64,000 nt of DNA from Nitrospiria bacterium (GCA_919902495.1 CAKKRC010000018.1:580-64579); one strand, 5' to 3'; positions 9,084 to 19,366 are shown, counted from the stretch's first letter. The notes: generated by a model not told the origin, from the sequence alone. Numbers and translations are program-made.

Positions 9084-10247
9084 ATGAGAACCATAAAACT
9101 GAAAAAGAAAGAAGAGCGCCGCGTCCAGCGCGGACACCCCTGGGTGTTCAGCAATGAGATCCAGGACCTGGCCGCAGACGCCGTTCCGGGCGAACTTGTC
9201 GAGGTCCGTGCGGCCTCCGGCGGGTTCATCGGCAGGGGCTATATTAATCCGCGCTCGCTCATCGCCGTGCGCATTCTGACCAGAGAACAGGAAGACCTCG
9301 ATGCCGCGTTCTTCGCCGGGAGGATCGGCCGGGCGCGTACGCTCAGAACCTCGCTCGGGTTCGGCGATTCGTTCCGCGCTGTCTTCAGCGAAGGGGACGG
9401 GCTTCCCGGGCTCATCGTGGACAAATATGCCGATACGCTCGTGGTCCAGTCGCTCACCGCGGGGATCGACGGCATGCTGGACATCATCCTGAACGCGCTC
9501 CGTGAAGTGTATGATCCGAAGGCCATCGTCCTCAGGAATGACACCGCCTCCCGGGAGATCGAGGGCCTTGCGCTGGAAAAGCGGGTCGCCTTCGGCGAGA
9601 CAACAGGCCTCGTGACCATCGAAGAGTCGGGGATCCGGTATCAGGTGGACGTGCTCGAAGGCCAGAAGACGGGATTTTTCTTCGACCAGCGCGAGAACCG
9701 TCTGGCGCTCCGTGATCTCGTACAAGGGCGGAGGACGCTGGACTGCTTCTGCTATGTGGGGGCGTGGGCGCTCTCAGCGGCGAAGTACGGCGCGACCGAG
9801 GTCGTCGGCATCGATTCCTCGGAGAGGGCGGTGAAGCTCGCGACCGCGAATGCCACACTGAACGGCCTTTCCGCGCGGTTCGTTGTCGGTGACGTGTTCG
9901 AACACTTGCGGGAGTTCGAAAAGAGGAAAGAACGATTCGGGTGCATCATCCTCGACCCGCCGGCGTTCGTGAAGAGCAGGGCCAAGGTGCGGGAGGCGCT
10001 CAAGGGATACAAGGAGATCAATCTCCGCGCCATGCGGATCCTCGAGCCGGGCGGGATCCTCGTCACCTGCTCCTGTTCGCACCACATTGACCAGGAATTG
10101 TTCCGGGAGATGCTGATCGACGCGGCCCATTCCGCCAACAGGCAGGCGCGGCTCCTGGAGATGCGCACCCAGTCCCGCGACCATCCCATGCTGCTTGCCG
10201 CGAAAGAGACCCAGTATCTCAAGTGCGCGATCCTGCAGGTCGATTGA
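9084..10247 (+). CDS. rlmI: 23S rRNA (cytosine-C5)-methyltransferase RlmI-like (PUA + class I SAM MTase)
   Basis: Starts MRTIKLKKKEERRVQRGHPWVF (PUA-like). MTase motifs VVGIDSS and ILDPPAF. The ORF-track start at 8790 is an artefactual N-terminal extension that overlaps the previous gene. Confidence 0.8.
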   Translation: MRTIKLKKKEERRVQRGHPWVFSNEIQDLAADAVPGELVEVRAASGGFIGRGYINPRSLIAVRILTREQEDLDAAFFAGRIGRARTLRTSLGFGDSFRAVFSEGDGLPGLIVDKYADTLVVQSLTAGIDGMLDIILNALREVYDPKAIVLRNDTASREIEGLALEKRVAFGETTGLVTIEESGIRYQVDVLEGQKTGFFFDQRENRLALRDLVQGRRTLDCFCYVGAWALSAAKYGATEVVGIDSSERAVKLATANATLNGLSARFVVGDVFEHLREFEKRKERFGCIILDPPAFVKSRAKVREALKGYKEINLRAMRILEPGGILVTCSCSHHIDQELFREMLIDAAHSANRQARLLEMRTQSRDHPMLLAAKETQYLKCAILQVD

Positions 10248-10375
10248 CGGGGCACGGTCTTTGACACTGAAGACATTGAGAGAGGCTATGAAAAGGCATG
10301 ATCAGGCCACTTCGTATTTTTCATCCGCCAGTATCGGCGCAACAGTCTTCGGTTCCCGGCAGCCCCAATTTCTTC

Positions 10376-10404
10376 TTGACTATAACCAGACCGGCAGGTA
10401 ATAT
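10376..10404 (+). promoter_or_regulatory. sigma70-like promoter for tRNA-Val (TTGACT-17-TAATAT)
   Basis: -35 at 10376-10381, -10 at 10399-10404, about 12 nt upstream of the tRNA 5' end. Confidence 0.5.
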
Positions 10405-10416
10405 AGCACCGTTTCC

Positions 10417-10491
10417 GGGCGCTTAGCTCAGCGGGAGAGCACTGCCTTCACACGGCAGGGGCCACTGGTTCAATCCCAGTAGCGCCCACCA
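10417..10491 (+). tRNA. tRNA-Val (anticodon CAC)
   Basis: 75 nt folded by hand. Acceptor GGGCGCT/AGCGCCC. Anticodon arm CTGCC-TTCACAC-GGCAG. T arm ACTGG-TTCAATC-CCAGT. Encoded CCA. A hairpin plus T-run follows. Confidence 0.9.
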
Positions 10492-10504
10492 TGAATTACA
10501 AGGA
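10467..10504 (+). repeat. attL-like copy of a 36-nt direct repeat spanning the tRNA-Val 3' end (second copy at 11514..11552)
   Basis: TTCAATCCCAGTAGCGCCCACCATGAATTACAAGGA is identical at 10469-10504 and 11517-11552. The second copy keeps the T-arm but has no 5' half of a tRNA. Confidence 0.85.
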
Positions 10505-10597
10505 CTTAGCCTGCCAAGGCCAGGTCCTTTTCTTTTTTTATAATTATCGAATACACTAATTCTGTCCAGGGTGCCAACGCCGTCCCGCAGGTTTTTC

Positions 10598-10625
10598 TTG
10601 ACATGTAGCCACGATATTATATAAT
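10598..10625 (+). promoter_or_regulatory. strong sigma70-like promoter for vapBC (TTGACA-16-TATAAT) with overlapping 10-bp palindrome ATTATATAAT
   Basis: -35 at 10598-10603, -10 at 10620-10625. GAGGAG RBS before ATG 10653. Confidence 0.55.
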
Positions 10626-10652
10626 GTATATACAGTCAGAGAGGAGAAAACC

Positions 10653-10850
10653 ATGCAGACAACAACCAAGAAGACAGCCAAACATTTCAGGCTCGATGAA
10701 ACCATGATCAAGAGCGCCCAGAAGATACTCGGCACCAAAACAGCGACAGAGGCGATCGAATCAGCGCTTGCCGAGGTCGTTTACCAGGATAAGATGAGAA
10801 AGCTTATTGAGCAGACGGCCGGGAAATTCAAGTTTGAGGGCCTTCGTTGA
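10653..10850 (+). CDS. vapB: type II antitoxin, VapB-like (65 aa)
   Basis: Small protein immediately upstream of a PIN-domain gene; its stop overlaps the next start (ATGA). Typical antitoxin size and position. Confidence 0.65.
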   Translation: MQTTTKKTAKHFRLDETMIKSAQKILGTKTATEAIESALAEVVYQDKMRKLIEQTAGKFKFEGLR

Positions 10851-11263
10851 AACCAAAAGCCGTTCCTGACACGTCCTTTCTCATTGAGCATTTCAGAGGG
10901 GATACCGTTCAAGAAGCCTTTCTGAGCCTTACCCGTTATTATCATGTTGCATTCAGTTCCGTCGTGCTCATGGAACTGCTTGCTGGTGCCTTTGAACCAA
11001 AGGAGCAAAAACTTATCGACCAGATAGCGAGGAATTTCACCGTTCTATCCGTTACCGAGCGCCAATGGTTCCTCAGCGGCGAAATCATGATGAAGCTGCG
11101 AAGAGACAAAAGAATTGACCGCGAGCGGATCAAAGGACTCCTGGCTGATATCTTGATCGCGGTATCAGTCAGAGACACGGGCGCGGTTCTCATCACGAAA
11201 AATGAAAAAGACTTCAGGCTTATCCGTGAAGTGTACGATTTTAAGTATGTCGCGATTGCATGA
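10847..11263 (+). CDS. vapC: PIN-domain ribonuclease toxin VapC
   Basis: 138 aa. PIN-like acidic residues: D near the N-terminus (PDTSFLIE), ME, and D in ITKNEKDF. Translationally coupled to the upstream antitoxin. Confidence 0.7.
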   Translation: MKPKAVPDTSFLIEHFRGDTVQEAFLSLTRYYHVAFSSVVLMELLAGAFEPKEQKLIDQIARNFTVLSVTERQWFLSGEIMMKLRRDKRIDRERIKGLLADILIAVSVRDTGAVLITKNEKDFRLIREVYDFKYVAIA

Positions 11264-11513
11264 TGTCTTTGCATGATCATCGTGACGAAGGAAGGTGCTA
11301 ATAAAGGAGCGCAAAACTGAAAAGCGGAGAGATGCCGTCAAACAATGATGCAGATTTTAAGGCGGCGGTACGTGTTCTTAAACGGCGGCCAAGCGAGCAC
11401 AGGAAACTGCACATCGGTTCAAGACTCCGGTGGTAATATGGAACAATGGTCGTGTCAAGACCGTAACACCAAAGATGAGCGCAGAGAAATCAAGGTGAGA
11501 GCCGCTTGCTCCT

Positions 11514-11552
11514 GGATTCAATCCCAGTAGCGCCCACCATGAATTACAAGGA
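11514..11552 (+). repeat. attR-like partial tRNA-Val 3' end (direct repeat of 10467..10504)
   Basis: See the attL entry. Followed by an imperfect hairpin plus T-run (11553-11580). Confidence 0.85.
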
Positions 11553-11648
11553 GTTGGCAGAAATCTGCTGACTCTTTTTTGGCCAATACAGGTACTTTCA
11601 TGATATATTTATCACTGAAGGCAACAACCTACAAACGATATTCATTTC

Positions 11649-11969
11649 ATGGCTAAATCGATACAAAAAACATTTCTCCTGTTGATTACCGCCAGCATGG
11701 TGTGTCTTGTCCCGGCGGGCTGCGTATTTCTCAAGACCCCCCCTCCTCCGAAATCACCTGCCCGGCAGCACGTGGATTCCAGGGCCCAGCAGCAGTATTA
11801 CGACCTGGGCCTTCAGCAGTACACCAGGGAGAACTACGGGGAGGCCAAGGAGGCGTTCGAACAGGCCATCGAGCTTGGCCCGAACACGGCGCTGGGTCAG
11901 AAGGCGCAGGAAAATCTCAAAAAGATACAGCGGATACTGAAAACCCTTCAGGAAATAGAGTCTAAATGA
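11649..11969 (+). CDS. TPR-like lipoprotein (106 aa)
   Basis: Lipobox LVPAGC. Single TPR-like segment YGEAKEAFEQAIELGP. Its stop overlaps the start of the next gene (ATGA). Confidence 0.5.
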   Translation: MAKSIQKTFLLLITASMVCLVPAGCVFLKTPPPPKSPARQHVDSRAQQQYYDLGLQQYTRENYGEAKEAFEQAIELGPNTALGQKAQENLKKIQRILKTLQEIESK

Positions 11970-13822
11970 CTGACAGATCCGAAAAAAAGAATAACGGAAC
12001 CGCGGAAGCTGTGACTGCAGAATCGCAGTCGGTGCCTGAAACAAAAAGCGCCGCCGTTCTTCCGCCGCCGGCGAAACCGGACAACGCTCCGCCATCGATT
12101 CCGGGTATCCTGTTGAACCGCCTCTCCTCGCTCAGCGTCCGCTACAAGATCGCCGGAACGCTCATCATGGTGCTGGGCCTGGCGGTTACGTCTCTCGGCA
12201 TCGTGACCTTTGCCCAGCAAAGCATGTCCCTGAGACAGGAATTGAAGAACCGCGCCGAGATCCTGGTCCAGCAGCTCGCGAATGTGGGCAAGGAAGGCCT
12301 GCTGACGAAAGAGGAGCTGCCGGTCTATTCCACCATCACGGACATCCAGAAGCGGAATGACGTGGTCTATGCCATGGTCATGGACGATGAGGGAAAGGTA
12401 TTTGCTCACAATGATATTACCCGGAAGGGAACCGTCCTGACCAGCTCGGTCGACCTGGCGGCGCTCCGGGCAGATGCCCTGTTGTTCCAGGAGACGGGCT
12501 CCGGGGACAGTTCCGTTCTGGATGCAACCATTCCCATCGTTCTGAAGGCGAAGGGTCTCAAGATCGGCGTAGCGCGGATCGGGCTGTCCGAACAGGCGTT
12601 GAACGAGTCGCTGAGCAGGCAGAAGAACCTCTACCTCTGGATCGCCCTGGGATTCGTCATCGGCGGACTTCTCGTTTCCTTCGCGCTCGCCCGCATGATC
12701 ACGCAACCCCTTGATTCCCTGGCGGCGGGGATCCAGATCGTTGCGCGGGGCGATCTGCGCAGGCTGGTCGCCGTGAGCTCGAACGATGAGATCGGGAAAC
12801 TGACGAATGTTTTCAACCAGATGATCCTGAGCCTCCGGGAAAAGCTCCTGATGGAAAAATACCTTTCCCAGCCGACGGTCCAGAGCATCAAGGAACATCG
12901 CGACGTGACGCAGCTTAAGCTAGGAGGCGAGCGGAAGTATGTTACAGCTCTTTTCTCCGACGCGCGCGGCTTTACGTCGCTGTCGGAAAAGATGAGTCCC
13001 GAGGACGTGGTCAGGCTGATGAACGTGTATCTGAACCTGCAGGCGAAGGTCATTCACCAGTTCGGCGGGACCATCGACAAGTTCGTTGGCGATGAGGTCA
13101 TGGCCATCTTCGAAGGGCGGGGCAATGAGATCAACGCGGTGCGGGCCGCGGTGGAGATCCAGAGCTACTGCAAGGCATTGAACGCGGCACGGGTCGCGTC
13201 CGGGGACAAGGCGATCAGCATCGGCATTGGCCTGAACAACGGAGAGGTCGTTATGGGCAACATGGGTTCAGAAGATCATATGGATTATACGGTGATCGGC
13301 GACAACATCAATATTGCCGCACGGATGTGCGGGATCGCGCAGCCGGGAATGGTGCTGGCCAGCAAAGCGATCGCCGAGGCGATCGGCGACCAGGCGTCGC
13401 TGAAGGACCAGCATCCGGTCATGGTAAAAGGGAAGGACCAGCCGATCGGCATCGCCGAGGTGGTAAGCGTCAAAGGCGGCGCCAGGCAGTATATGAGAAA
13501 GACAACGGACGCGCCGGCGACCTATTCGCTCGCGGGTTTTTCCGATGAGACCTTCGCGGCCATCGTAAAGAACGTCAGTCCTGCCGGATGCCTGTTGGTC
13601 GTCGGTGCGCCCATCGGCATTGGTTCAAAATTGATCGTACATCTGGACCTGCTTGAGCTGGACGACGTCGCGATCCATGCTTCGGTCTACCATGCGCGTA
13701 AACAGGATACGACCTATTATGTCGGGCTCTGTTTCGAGGACCTGCCGGAGGACGTAACATACCGCGTTGTCCAGTGGGTGCACCAGGTGAACTCGGAGAT
13801 CGCTGAAGGACTGATGCTCTGA
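11966..13822 (+). CDS. membrane sensor / HAMP / class III adenylate-guanylate cyclase with C-terminal PilZ domain
   Basis: Two TM segments flank a ~200-aa periplasmic domain. HAMP (GDLRRL...IGKLTNVFNQM). CHD cyclase (ALFSDARGFTS...KFVGDEVMAIF...IGLNNGEVVMGNMGS). C-terminal PilZ motifs RQYMR (RxxxR) and NVSPAG ((D/N)xSxxG). Confidence 0.8.
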   Translation: MTDRSEKKNNGTAEAVTAESQSVPETKSAAVLPPPAKPDNAPPSIPGILLNRLSSLSVRYKIAGTLIMVLGLAVTSLGIVTFAQQSMSLRQELKNRAEILVQQLANVGKEGLLTKEELPVYSTITDIQKRNDVVYAMVMDDEGKVFAHNDITRKGTVLTSSVDLAALRADALLFQETGSGDSSVLDATIPIVLKAKGLKIGVARIGLSEQALNESLSRQKNLYLWIALGFVIGGLLVSFALARMITQPLDSLAAGIQIVARGDLRRLVAVSSNDEIGKLTNVFNQMILSLREKLLMEKYLSQPTVQSIKEHRDVTQLKLGGERKYVTALFSDARGFTSLSEKMSPEDVVRLMNVYLNLQAKVIHQFGGTIDKFVGDEVMAIFEGRGNEINAVRAAVEIQSYCKALNAARVASGDKAISIGIGLNNGEVVMGNMGSEDHMDYTVIGDNINIAARMCGIAQPGMVLASKAIAEAIGDQASLKDQHPVMVKGKDQPIGIAEVVSVKGGARQYMRKTTDAPATYSLAGFSDETFAAIVKNVSPAGCLLVVGAPIGIGSKLIVHLDLLELDDVAIHASVYHARKQDTTYYVGLCFEDLPEDVTYRVVQWVHQVNSEIAEGLML

Positions 13823-13883
13823 CGAGCCTCACGCCGCAGGAGCTTCGGTCCATGCATCCCGTGAAAGCACATCGCAACAAAAG

Positions 13884-13920
13884 GGCCTGAAACCATGCAG
13901 GCTCTTTTTTCATTGTTGCG
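13884..13920 (+). terminator. rho-independent terminator after the cyclase gene
   Basis: agGGCCTGaaaccatgCAGGCtc followed by TTTTTTC. Confidence 0.5.
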
Positions 13921-14117
13921 CGGAACGGATGTGCGCGCTGTCTGGATACGGTCACCGGTTCGATCCTGTTCTCCAACCTCGCCGTTCCGGGAGTTCGGCA
14001 CATCCCGTCCTTTCTCGATCCCGTTCTGCCCGTACCTGACGCCCCTGTGAAACAAAAAGGCCGACCGTTTCCGGTCAGCCTTATATTTATTAATGAAGTA
14101 ACGTGCCCGCGCCGACA

Positions 14118-14480
14118 CTATCCCGTCTGGCGCTTTTCGCTCTCTTCCTGCTCGGTCTTGCACTCGATGCAGAGGGTCGTGACCGGACGCGCTTCAAGAC
14201 GCTTGAGGCTTATCTGTCCGCCGCAGGACTCACATACGCCGTAGGTCCCTTCGTCGATCCTGGCAATGGCCTCGTCGATCTTTTTCAGGAGCTTTTGCTC
14301 CCTTCCGCGGAGCCTGAGCAGGAAATTGTTGTCCAGCTCCGCGGCGGCCTGATCCGTGGGATCGGGGAAGCTCTGTTTCTCGGCGCCCAGTTTCGTGCTG
14401 ATCGTATGTTCTGCTTCAGACAAGAGCTCATCCCGCTGGACCATGAGCCTCTTTCGGATGACATTGACCTTATTGTTCAT
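14118..14480 (-). CDS. DksA/TraR-family C4 zinc-finger protein
   Basis: CESCGGQISLKRLEARPVTTLCIECK four-Cys finger with an N-terminal coiled coil. Start at MNNKVNV is preferred. A hairpin plus T-run terminator lies 3' at ~14053-14090. Confidence 0.7.
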   Translation of the reverse strand: MNNKVNVIRKRLMVQRDELLSEAEHTISTKLGAEKQSFPDPTDQAAAELDNNFLLRLRGREQKLLKKIDEAIARIDEGTYGVCESCGGQISLKRLEARPVTTLCIECKTEQEESEKRQTG

Positions 14481-14654
14481 GCTGACGACCTCTGCTCCCC
14501 CGGGATAATAATGAAAAGGCGAACGGAATGTTCGACCCGTTCGCAAGCAAGTGGTATACTATAACAAAAAAGCACACGTGAGTCAATTAAGAAAAGGCGA
14601 CCTTGCCCTTCCTCGATTTGACAAAGCAGTGTTGCCGGGAGTATTATCAACCAT

Positions 14655-15884
14655 ATGTTGACCGAGAAACAGAAGTTTGGAAAGATCATCAACCTCGGTG
14701 TCGAGATCACCCAGGTGAAGGACCTCGACGTGCTCCTGGAGCGCATCCTGAAAGAGGCGAGGCTTCTGGTAAATGCCGATGCAGGGTCCATCTATGTCAA
14801 AGAAGAGGACAAGCTCAAGTTCAGCTACAGCCAGAACGACACGCTGCAGCTGCGCCAGCCGGGCAGGAAGCTGATCTATTCCACCTTCAAGATGCCCATC
14901 AACAACCAGTCCATCGCGGGCTACGTGGCGAACACCGGGGACCTGCTGAACCTGCAGGACGCCTACAAGCTCCCTTCGACCCTTCCCTTCTCGTTCAATC
15001 GCAAGTACGACGATCTCTCGGGGTATCGCACCCAGTCCATGCTCACGTTCCCGCTGAAGACCAACCGCGGCGACACGATCGGCGTGCTGCAGCTGATCAA
15101 CGCGAAGAACGCCAAGGGAAAGCCGGTCGCTTTTTCGAAAAAGGACGAACCGCTCATATTGCACTTTGCCAATATGGCCGCCGTTGCCATCGAGCGCGCC
15201 CAGATGACCCGCGCCATGATCCTCCGGACCATTAAAATGGCGGAGCTGCGGGACCCCAAGGAGACCGGCGCCCACGTGAACCGCGTGGCCTCCTATTCTG
15301 TTGCGATCTACGAGCACTGGGCAGCGAAGCGCGGCGTCCCCCACGAGGTCCTCGAAAAGAACCGCGATATCCTGCGCATGGCGGCCATGCTCCACGATGT
15401 CGGCAAGGTGGCCATCGCGGACGCGATCCTCAAAAAGCCCGCGCGGCTCGATGATGCGGAGCGGGAGATCATGAAACAGCACACCTACATGGGCGCCCGG
15501 CTTTTTTCCGAACAGTATTCCGAGTTCGATGACGCGTCGGCCAGCGTGGCGCTGAACCACCACGAGAAATGGGACGGCACCGGCTATCCGGGCCATATCA
15601 ATCCCTTCGATGCAAAGGTGCTCCCCGGCTACGAGAACAGCGACGGCACGCCCCGTCCCAAAAAAGGGGAGGAGATCCCGGTGTTCGGCCGGCTCGTTGC
15701 GCTGGCCGATGTGTACGACGCGCTGAGCTCCAAGCGGGCCTACAAGGAGAAGTGGGACGAGGTGCAGGTCCTGGAAGAGCTCAAGATCGGCTCCGGCACC
15801 CACTTCGATCCGGAAATGGTCGAGACCTTTTTTACCTGCATTGAGACGATCCGCAACATTGCCGAACGGTATCCCGATCATTAA
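14655..15884 (+). CDS. GAF-domain HD-GYP c-di-GMP phosphodiesterase
   Basis: N-terminal GAF. HD-GYP core: HVNRVASY, MLHDVGK, HHEKWDGTGYPG. Confidence 0.8.
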   Translation: MLTEKQKFGKIINLGVEITQVKDLDVLLERILKEARLLVNADAGSIYVKEEDKLKFSYSQNDTLQLRQPGRKLIYSTFKMPINNQSIAGYVANTGDLLNLQDAYKLPSTLPFSFNRKYDDLSGYRTQSMLTFPLKTNRGDTIGVLQLINAKNAKGKPVAFSKKDEPLILHFANMAAVAIERAQMTRAMILRTIKMAELRDPKETGAHVNRVASYSVAIYEHWAAKRGVPHEVLEKNRDILRMAAMLHDVGKVAIADAILKKPARLDDAEREIMKQHTYMGARLFSEQYSEFDDASASVALNHHEKWDGTGYPGHINPFDAKVLPGYENSDGTPRPKKGEEIPVFGRLVALADVYDALSSKRAYKEKWDEVQVLEELKIGSGTHFDPEMVETFFTCIETIRNIAERYPDH

Positions 15885-15892
15885 GCACTGGA

Positions 15893-16699
15893 GTGCGACA
15901 CCATACCCCGAAAACAGACTCTCCTGCATACAATGATTCCGCCCCGCTCACTAATTCCATGACCAGGAACAGCAGGAACAAAAAGCATGAACAGGGGACC
16001 GGCGCCTTTCAGAACACGCCGTTCAAGGCGCTGAAAGGCATTGCGCCGAAGGCATCCGTTCCCCCCGCCCCCCCCACTGCACCGAAGGCCTCATCGAGCG
16101 AAGAGCTGGTGGACGACGACGAGCTTTTTCTGCGCTCCATGAGCGGCACCAGGCGGATCGATCCCGCGGGCGAACAGGAGCCGGTGCCGCTGTCTCCGGT
16201 GAAAGCGGTACCGCAGCCGGGTGATGAGGAAGACAACCGGGAGCTCTTCCTGCGTGCCATGGGCGCGCTCACTACCGCGACGTTCCGGCCAGAGGCGCCG
16301 GAGCCGGACGAAACGGAACCAACCCGGTCGCCATCAAGCCGGATGCGCCAGCTCAAGCGGGGGACCATTCGCATCGGCGACGAACTCGACCTGCACGGAT
16401 TCCTGAAGGATGAAGCGCTCAAGCGGCTCGAGCATTTTATTGCGGGCGCGTATGCCCGGGGATTGCAGGCGGTCCTCGTAATCACGGGAAAGGGGATCAA
16501 TTCGCCCGAGGGACCGGTCCTCCCCGGAGCGGCGGCCGCATGGCTCCGGGAAAAGGGGAAGGCAATGATCGCCGAGTCCCATCCCGCCCCCCGCGACAAG
16601 GGCGGCAGCGGCGCAATCGTGATCTTCCTGCGGAAGCGGGAGGGAATTGATCTATACATACCGCAAATACATATGGACGGCGGTCGCAAGAAGAGGTAG
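15893..16699 (+). CDS. Smr-domain protein with Pro-rich disordered N-terminus
   Basis: C-terminal Smr motif IRIGDELDLHGF...VLVITGKG. Start uncertain: GTG 15893 or ATG 15959. Confidence 0.55.
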   Translation: MRHHTPKTDSPAYNDSAPLTNSMTRNSRNKKHEQGTGAFQNTPFKALKGIAPKASVPPAPPTAPKASSSEELVDDDELFLRSMSGTRRIDPAGEQEPVPLSPVKAVPQPGDEEDNRELFLRAMGALTTATFRPEAPEPDETEPTRSPSSRMRQLKRGTIRIGDELDLHGFLKDEALKRLEHFIAGAYARGLQAVLVITGKGINSPEGPVLPGAAAAWLREKGKAMIAESHPAPRDKGGSGAIVIFLRKREGIDLYIPQIHMDGGRKKR

Positions 16700-16727
16700 C
16701 ATGTAAATTGTCGTAACGAGTAACGTA

Positions 16728-18668
16728 ATGACAGACATGACAACACCATCGGCCTTCCAGCCGATAAAGAACAGATTTCGCATTCTCTATCTCCTTTCCC
16801 TGGTATTTCTGCTCCAATCCCTGGCTGTACGGATAGTACTGTTCGTCAAGGCGTTGCCTGGCATGACGCACGACCCGCTCGTTCTGGTCGAAATGGTCAG
16901 CGTCGGTTTCCTGTATGACTGCATCACGTTCGCGTACTGTGCGATTCCCTTCACGCTGCTCCTGGCGCTGCTCCCTGAGAGGGCATATCTGCACCGCTCC
17001 TTCCGGTTCTTCATGCACGGGGTCTTTTTCGCCGTTCTGTTCATTCTCCTGTTCGATGCCGCGGCCGAATACCTCTTTTTCGACGAGTTCGAGACGCGCT
17101 TCAATTTCATCGCCATCGATTACCTGGTCTATACCCGGGAGGTCGTGGGCAATATCCGTGAATCCTATCCGCTGAACAAGATACTGCTCGGCATTGGTAC
17201 GGCCGCTGCAGCGCTCTATCTCCTCCTCAGAAAACGGATTGATCGCGCTGTTGCCCCCGCTACGAGCACGTTCGTCATGCGGCTGCGCCAGGGGATCGTC
17301 TTTGCCGTGCTGCCGCTCTTCGCTCTGTTGTTCGTTGACCAGTCATGGACGAACATCTCACGGGACAACTACGCCAATGAGCTTGCCGGGAACGGCATTT
17401 ACGACCTGTTCGCCGCTTTCCGGAACAACGAGCTCGATTTTCAGAAGCTCTACCTCACCATGGACGAAGACAAGGCGCTTCATCACCTTCAAGAGCTTGT
17501 GTCGGAAAAGAACGGACAGCGCGTCGGCGCCGATCGGCGGGATATCGAGCGGGTCGTTGCCAACGCCGGCCCTGAAAAAAAGCTGAACGTCATCGTTATC
17601 ATCGAGGAAAGCCTCAGCGCCGAATATCTGGGATCGTTCGGAAACAGCGAGGGGGCCACGCCGAACCTCGACCGGCTTGCGAAAGAGTCCCTCTTCTTTA
17701 CCCATGTGTTCGCCACGGGCACGAGGACCGTGCGCGGCCTCGAGGCCATCACGCTGTCCCTGCCGCCGCTGCCCGGGACCTCGGTTGTCAAGCGGCCTAG
17801 GAACGAGGACCTTTTTTCCTGGGGGACGCTCATGCGGTCCAAGGGATACGACACGCGGTTCATCTACGGCGGTCACGGATATTTCGACAATATGAACTAC
17901 TTCTTCGGTCATAACGGCTTCGCCGTGACCGACCGGAGCGATCTTGCCCGTGACGAGATCACCTATGCCAATGTCTGGGGGGTATGCGACGAGGACCTGT
18001 TCCGGCGCGTTGTCCGGGAAGGGTCGCGGTCCCATGACGAGGGGAAGCCGTTTTTCTTCGAGGTGATGACCACCTCGAACCACCGGCCCTACACCTACCC
18101 CGAAGGCAAGATCGACATCCCTTCGGGAGCGGGGCGCGGCGGCGGGGTTAAATACGCTGATTACGCCATCGGACGGTTCATCGACGAAGTGAAACAGCAG
18201 CCCTGGTTCAAGGACACGGTCATCATCATCGTGGCGGACCACTGCGCGGCCAGCGGCGGCAAGGTCGACCTGCCGGTCAAGCGGTACGAGATACCCCTGC
18301 TTGTCTATGCGCCCGCCCACGTCAGCCCCGGGAGGGTCGACCGGATGATGAGCCAGATCGACATCGCGCCGACGGTTCTGGGCATCCTGAACATGAGCTA
18401 CCGGTCCCGGTTCTTCGGTCGGGACGTTTTGAGGTCCTGCTCCGCCCCTGATCGGGCGTTTATCTCGACCTATCAGAAGCTGGGATATCTGACGGGCGAC
18501 CGGCTCCTGGTCGCGGGACCGAAAAAGCGCCTGGACTCGTACGTCATCGCCCGGGCGGACGGGAGCGCGAGCGAGATCAAACCTCGCGAGCAGGACGTTG
18601 CCGATATGCTGAGCTATTTCCAGGGGGCGAGCACGATCTACAAGAACAGGCGGAACATGCTCCCTTGA
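16728..18668 (+). CDS. LTA-synthase/phosphoglycerol-transferase-like membrane sulfatase-family protein
   Basis: N-terminal multi-TM region followed by an alkaline-phosphatase-superfamily domain ([39 protein letters not shown]). Confidence 0.7.
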   Translation: MTDMTTPSAFQPIKNRFRILYLLSLVFLLQSLAVRIVLFVKALPGMTHDPLVLVEMVSVGFLYDCITFAYCAIPFTLLLALLPERAYLHRSFRFFMHGVFFAVLFILLFDAAAEYLFFDEFETRFNFIAIDYLVYTREVVGNIRESYPLNKILLGIGTAAAALYLLLRKRIDRAVAPATSTFVMRLRQGIVFAVLPLFALLFVDQSWTNISRDNYANELAGNGIYDLFAAFRNNELDFQKLYLTMDEDKALHHLQELVSEKNGQRVGADRRDIERVVANAGPEKKLNVIVIIEESLSAEYLGSFGNSEGATPNLDRLAKESLFFTHVFATGTRTVRGLEAITLSLPPLPGTSVVKRPRNEDLFSWGTLMRSKGYDTRFIYGGHGYFDNMNYFFGHNGFAVTDRSDLARDEITYANVWGVCDEDLFRRVVREGSRSHDEGKPFFFEVMTTSNHRPYTYPEGKIDIPSGAGRGGGVKYADYAIGRFIDEVKQQPWFKDTVIIIVADHCAASGGKVDLPVKRYEIPLLVYAPAHVSPGRVDRMMSQIDIAPTVLGILNMSYRSRFFGRDVLRSCSAPDRAFISTYQKLGYLTGDRLLVAGPKKRLDSYVIARADGSASEIKPREQDVADMLSYFQGASTIYKNRRNMLP

Positions 18669-18819
18669 CGGGCGATCACCCTCCTCTTCCGCATCTTTCC
18701 GGCGGGGCATGCCCCGCCTTCTCTCCACAGCATGTCTCCTGTTGACAATTCATTCCGGCCGCTTTAAAATCATGCTTCACATGCATCATCAGTTGTTCGA
18801 CGGAAGGAGCGCCCTGTCC

Positions 18820-19236
18820 ATGGAAAGGACCTTTGCCATCATCAAGCCTGACGCCTGCAAGAGGAACCTTGCCGGCAAGATCCTGGCGAAGATCGAGGAA
18901 AAGGGCTTTCGCGTCATCGCCATGAAGAAGATCGCGATGACCAGGAAGCAGGCTGAAGGGTTCTACGCGGTGCACCGGGGAAAGCCGTTCTTCGACAGCC
19001 TTGCGGACTTCATGTCGTCCGGCCCCTGCATCGTGATGGTGCTGGAAAAAGAGAACGCCATTGCGGCATGGCGCACGCTCATGGGCGCGACCAACCCGGC
19101 CAATGCGGACCCGGGGACGATCAGAAAAGAATTCGCGCAGAGCGTGGAGGCGAATTCCGTCCACGGGTCGGACGCGCCGGAGACCGCTGAATACGAGATC
19201 AAGTATTTTTTCAGCGCTCTGGAGCTCACTGCCTGA
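18820..19236 (+). CDS. ndk: nucleoside diphosphate kinase
   Basis: [12 protein letters not shown]...NSVHGSDA (catalytic His). 138 aa. AGGAG RBS. The ORF-track start at 18709 is an upstream extension. Confidence 0.9.
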   Translation: MERTFAIIKPDACKRNLAGKILAKIEEKGFRVIAMKKIAMTRKQAEGFYAVHRGKPFFDSLADFMSSGPCIVMVLEKENAIAAWRTLMGATNPANADPGTIRKEFAQSVEANSVHGSDAPETAEYEIKYFFSALELTA

Positions 19237-19366
19237 GCTGCCGGAAGACGCACACAGAACACCGGCATTGCGCCCGGCGTGCAGATAGTGTTCAACACAA
19301 AGGTTCGATCGAAGCGTTATCGCATCGTCAATTGCAGCGAACGAGCATTTCCAAGGAGACGGCACC

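Noticed and set aside
11345-11552. A possible second complete tRNA, or tmRNA, at the attR repeat
   Set aside because: Only the T-arm and 3' acceptor half are present. No complementary 5' acceptor strand (GGGCGCT) lies upstream. The ORF 11345-11530 spanning it has no RBS or motif.
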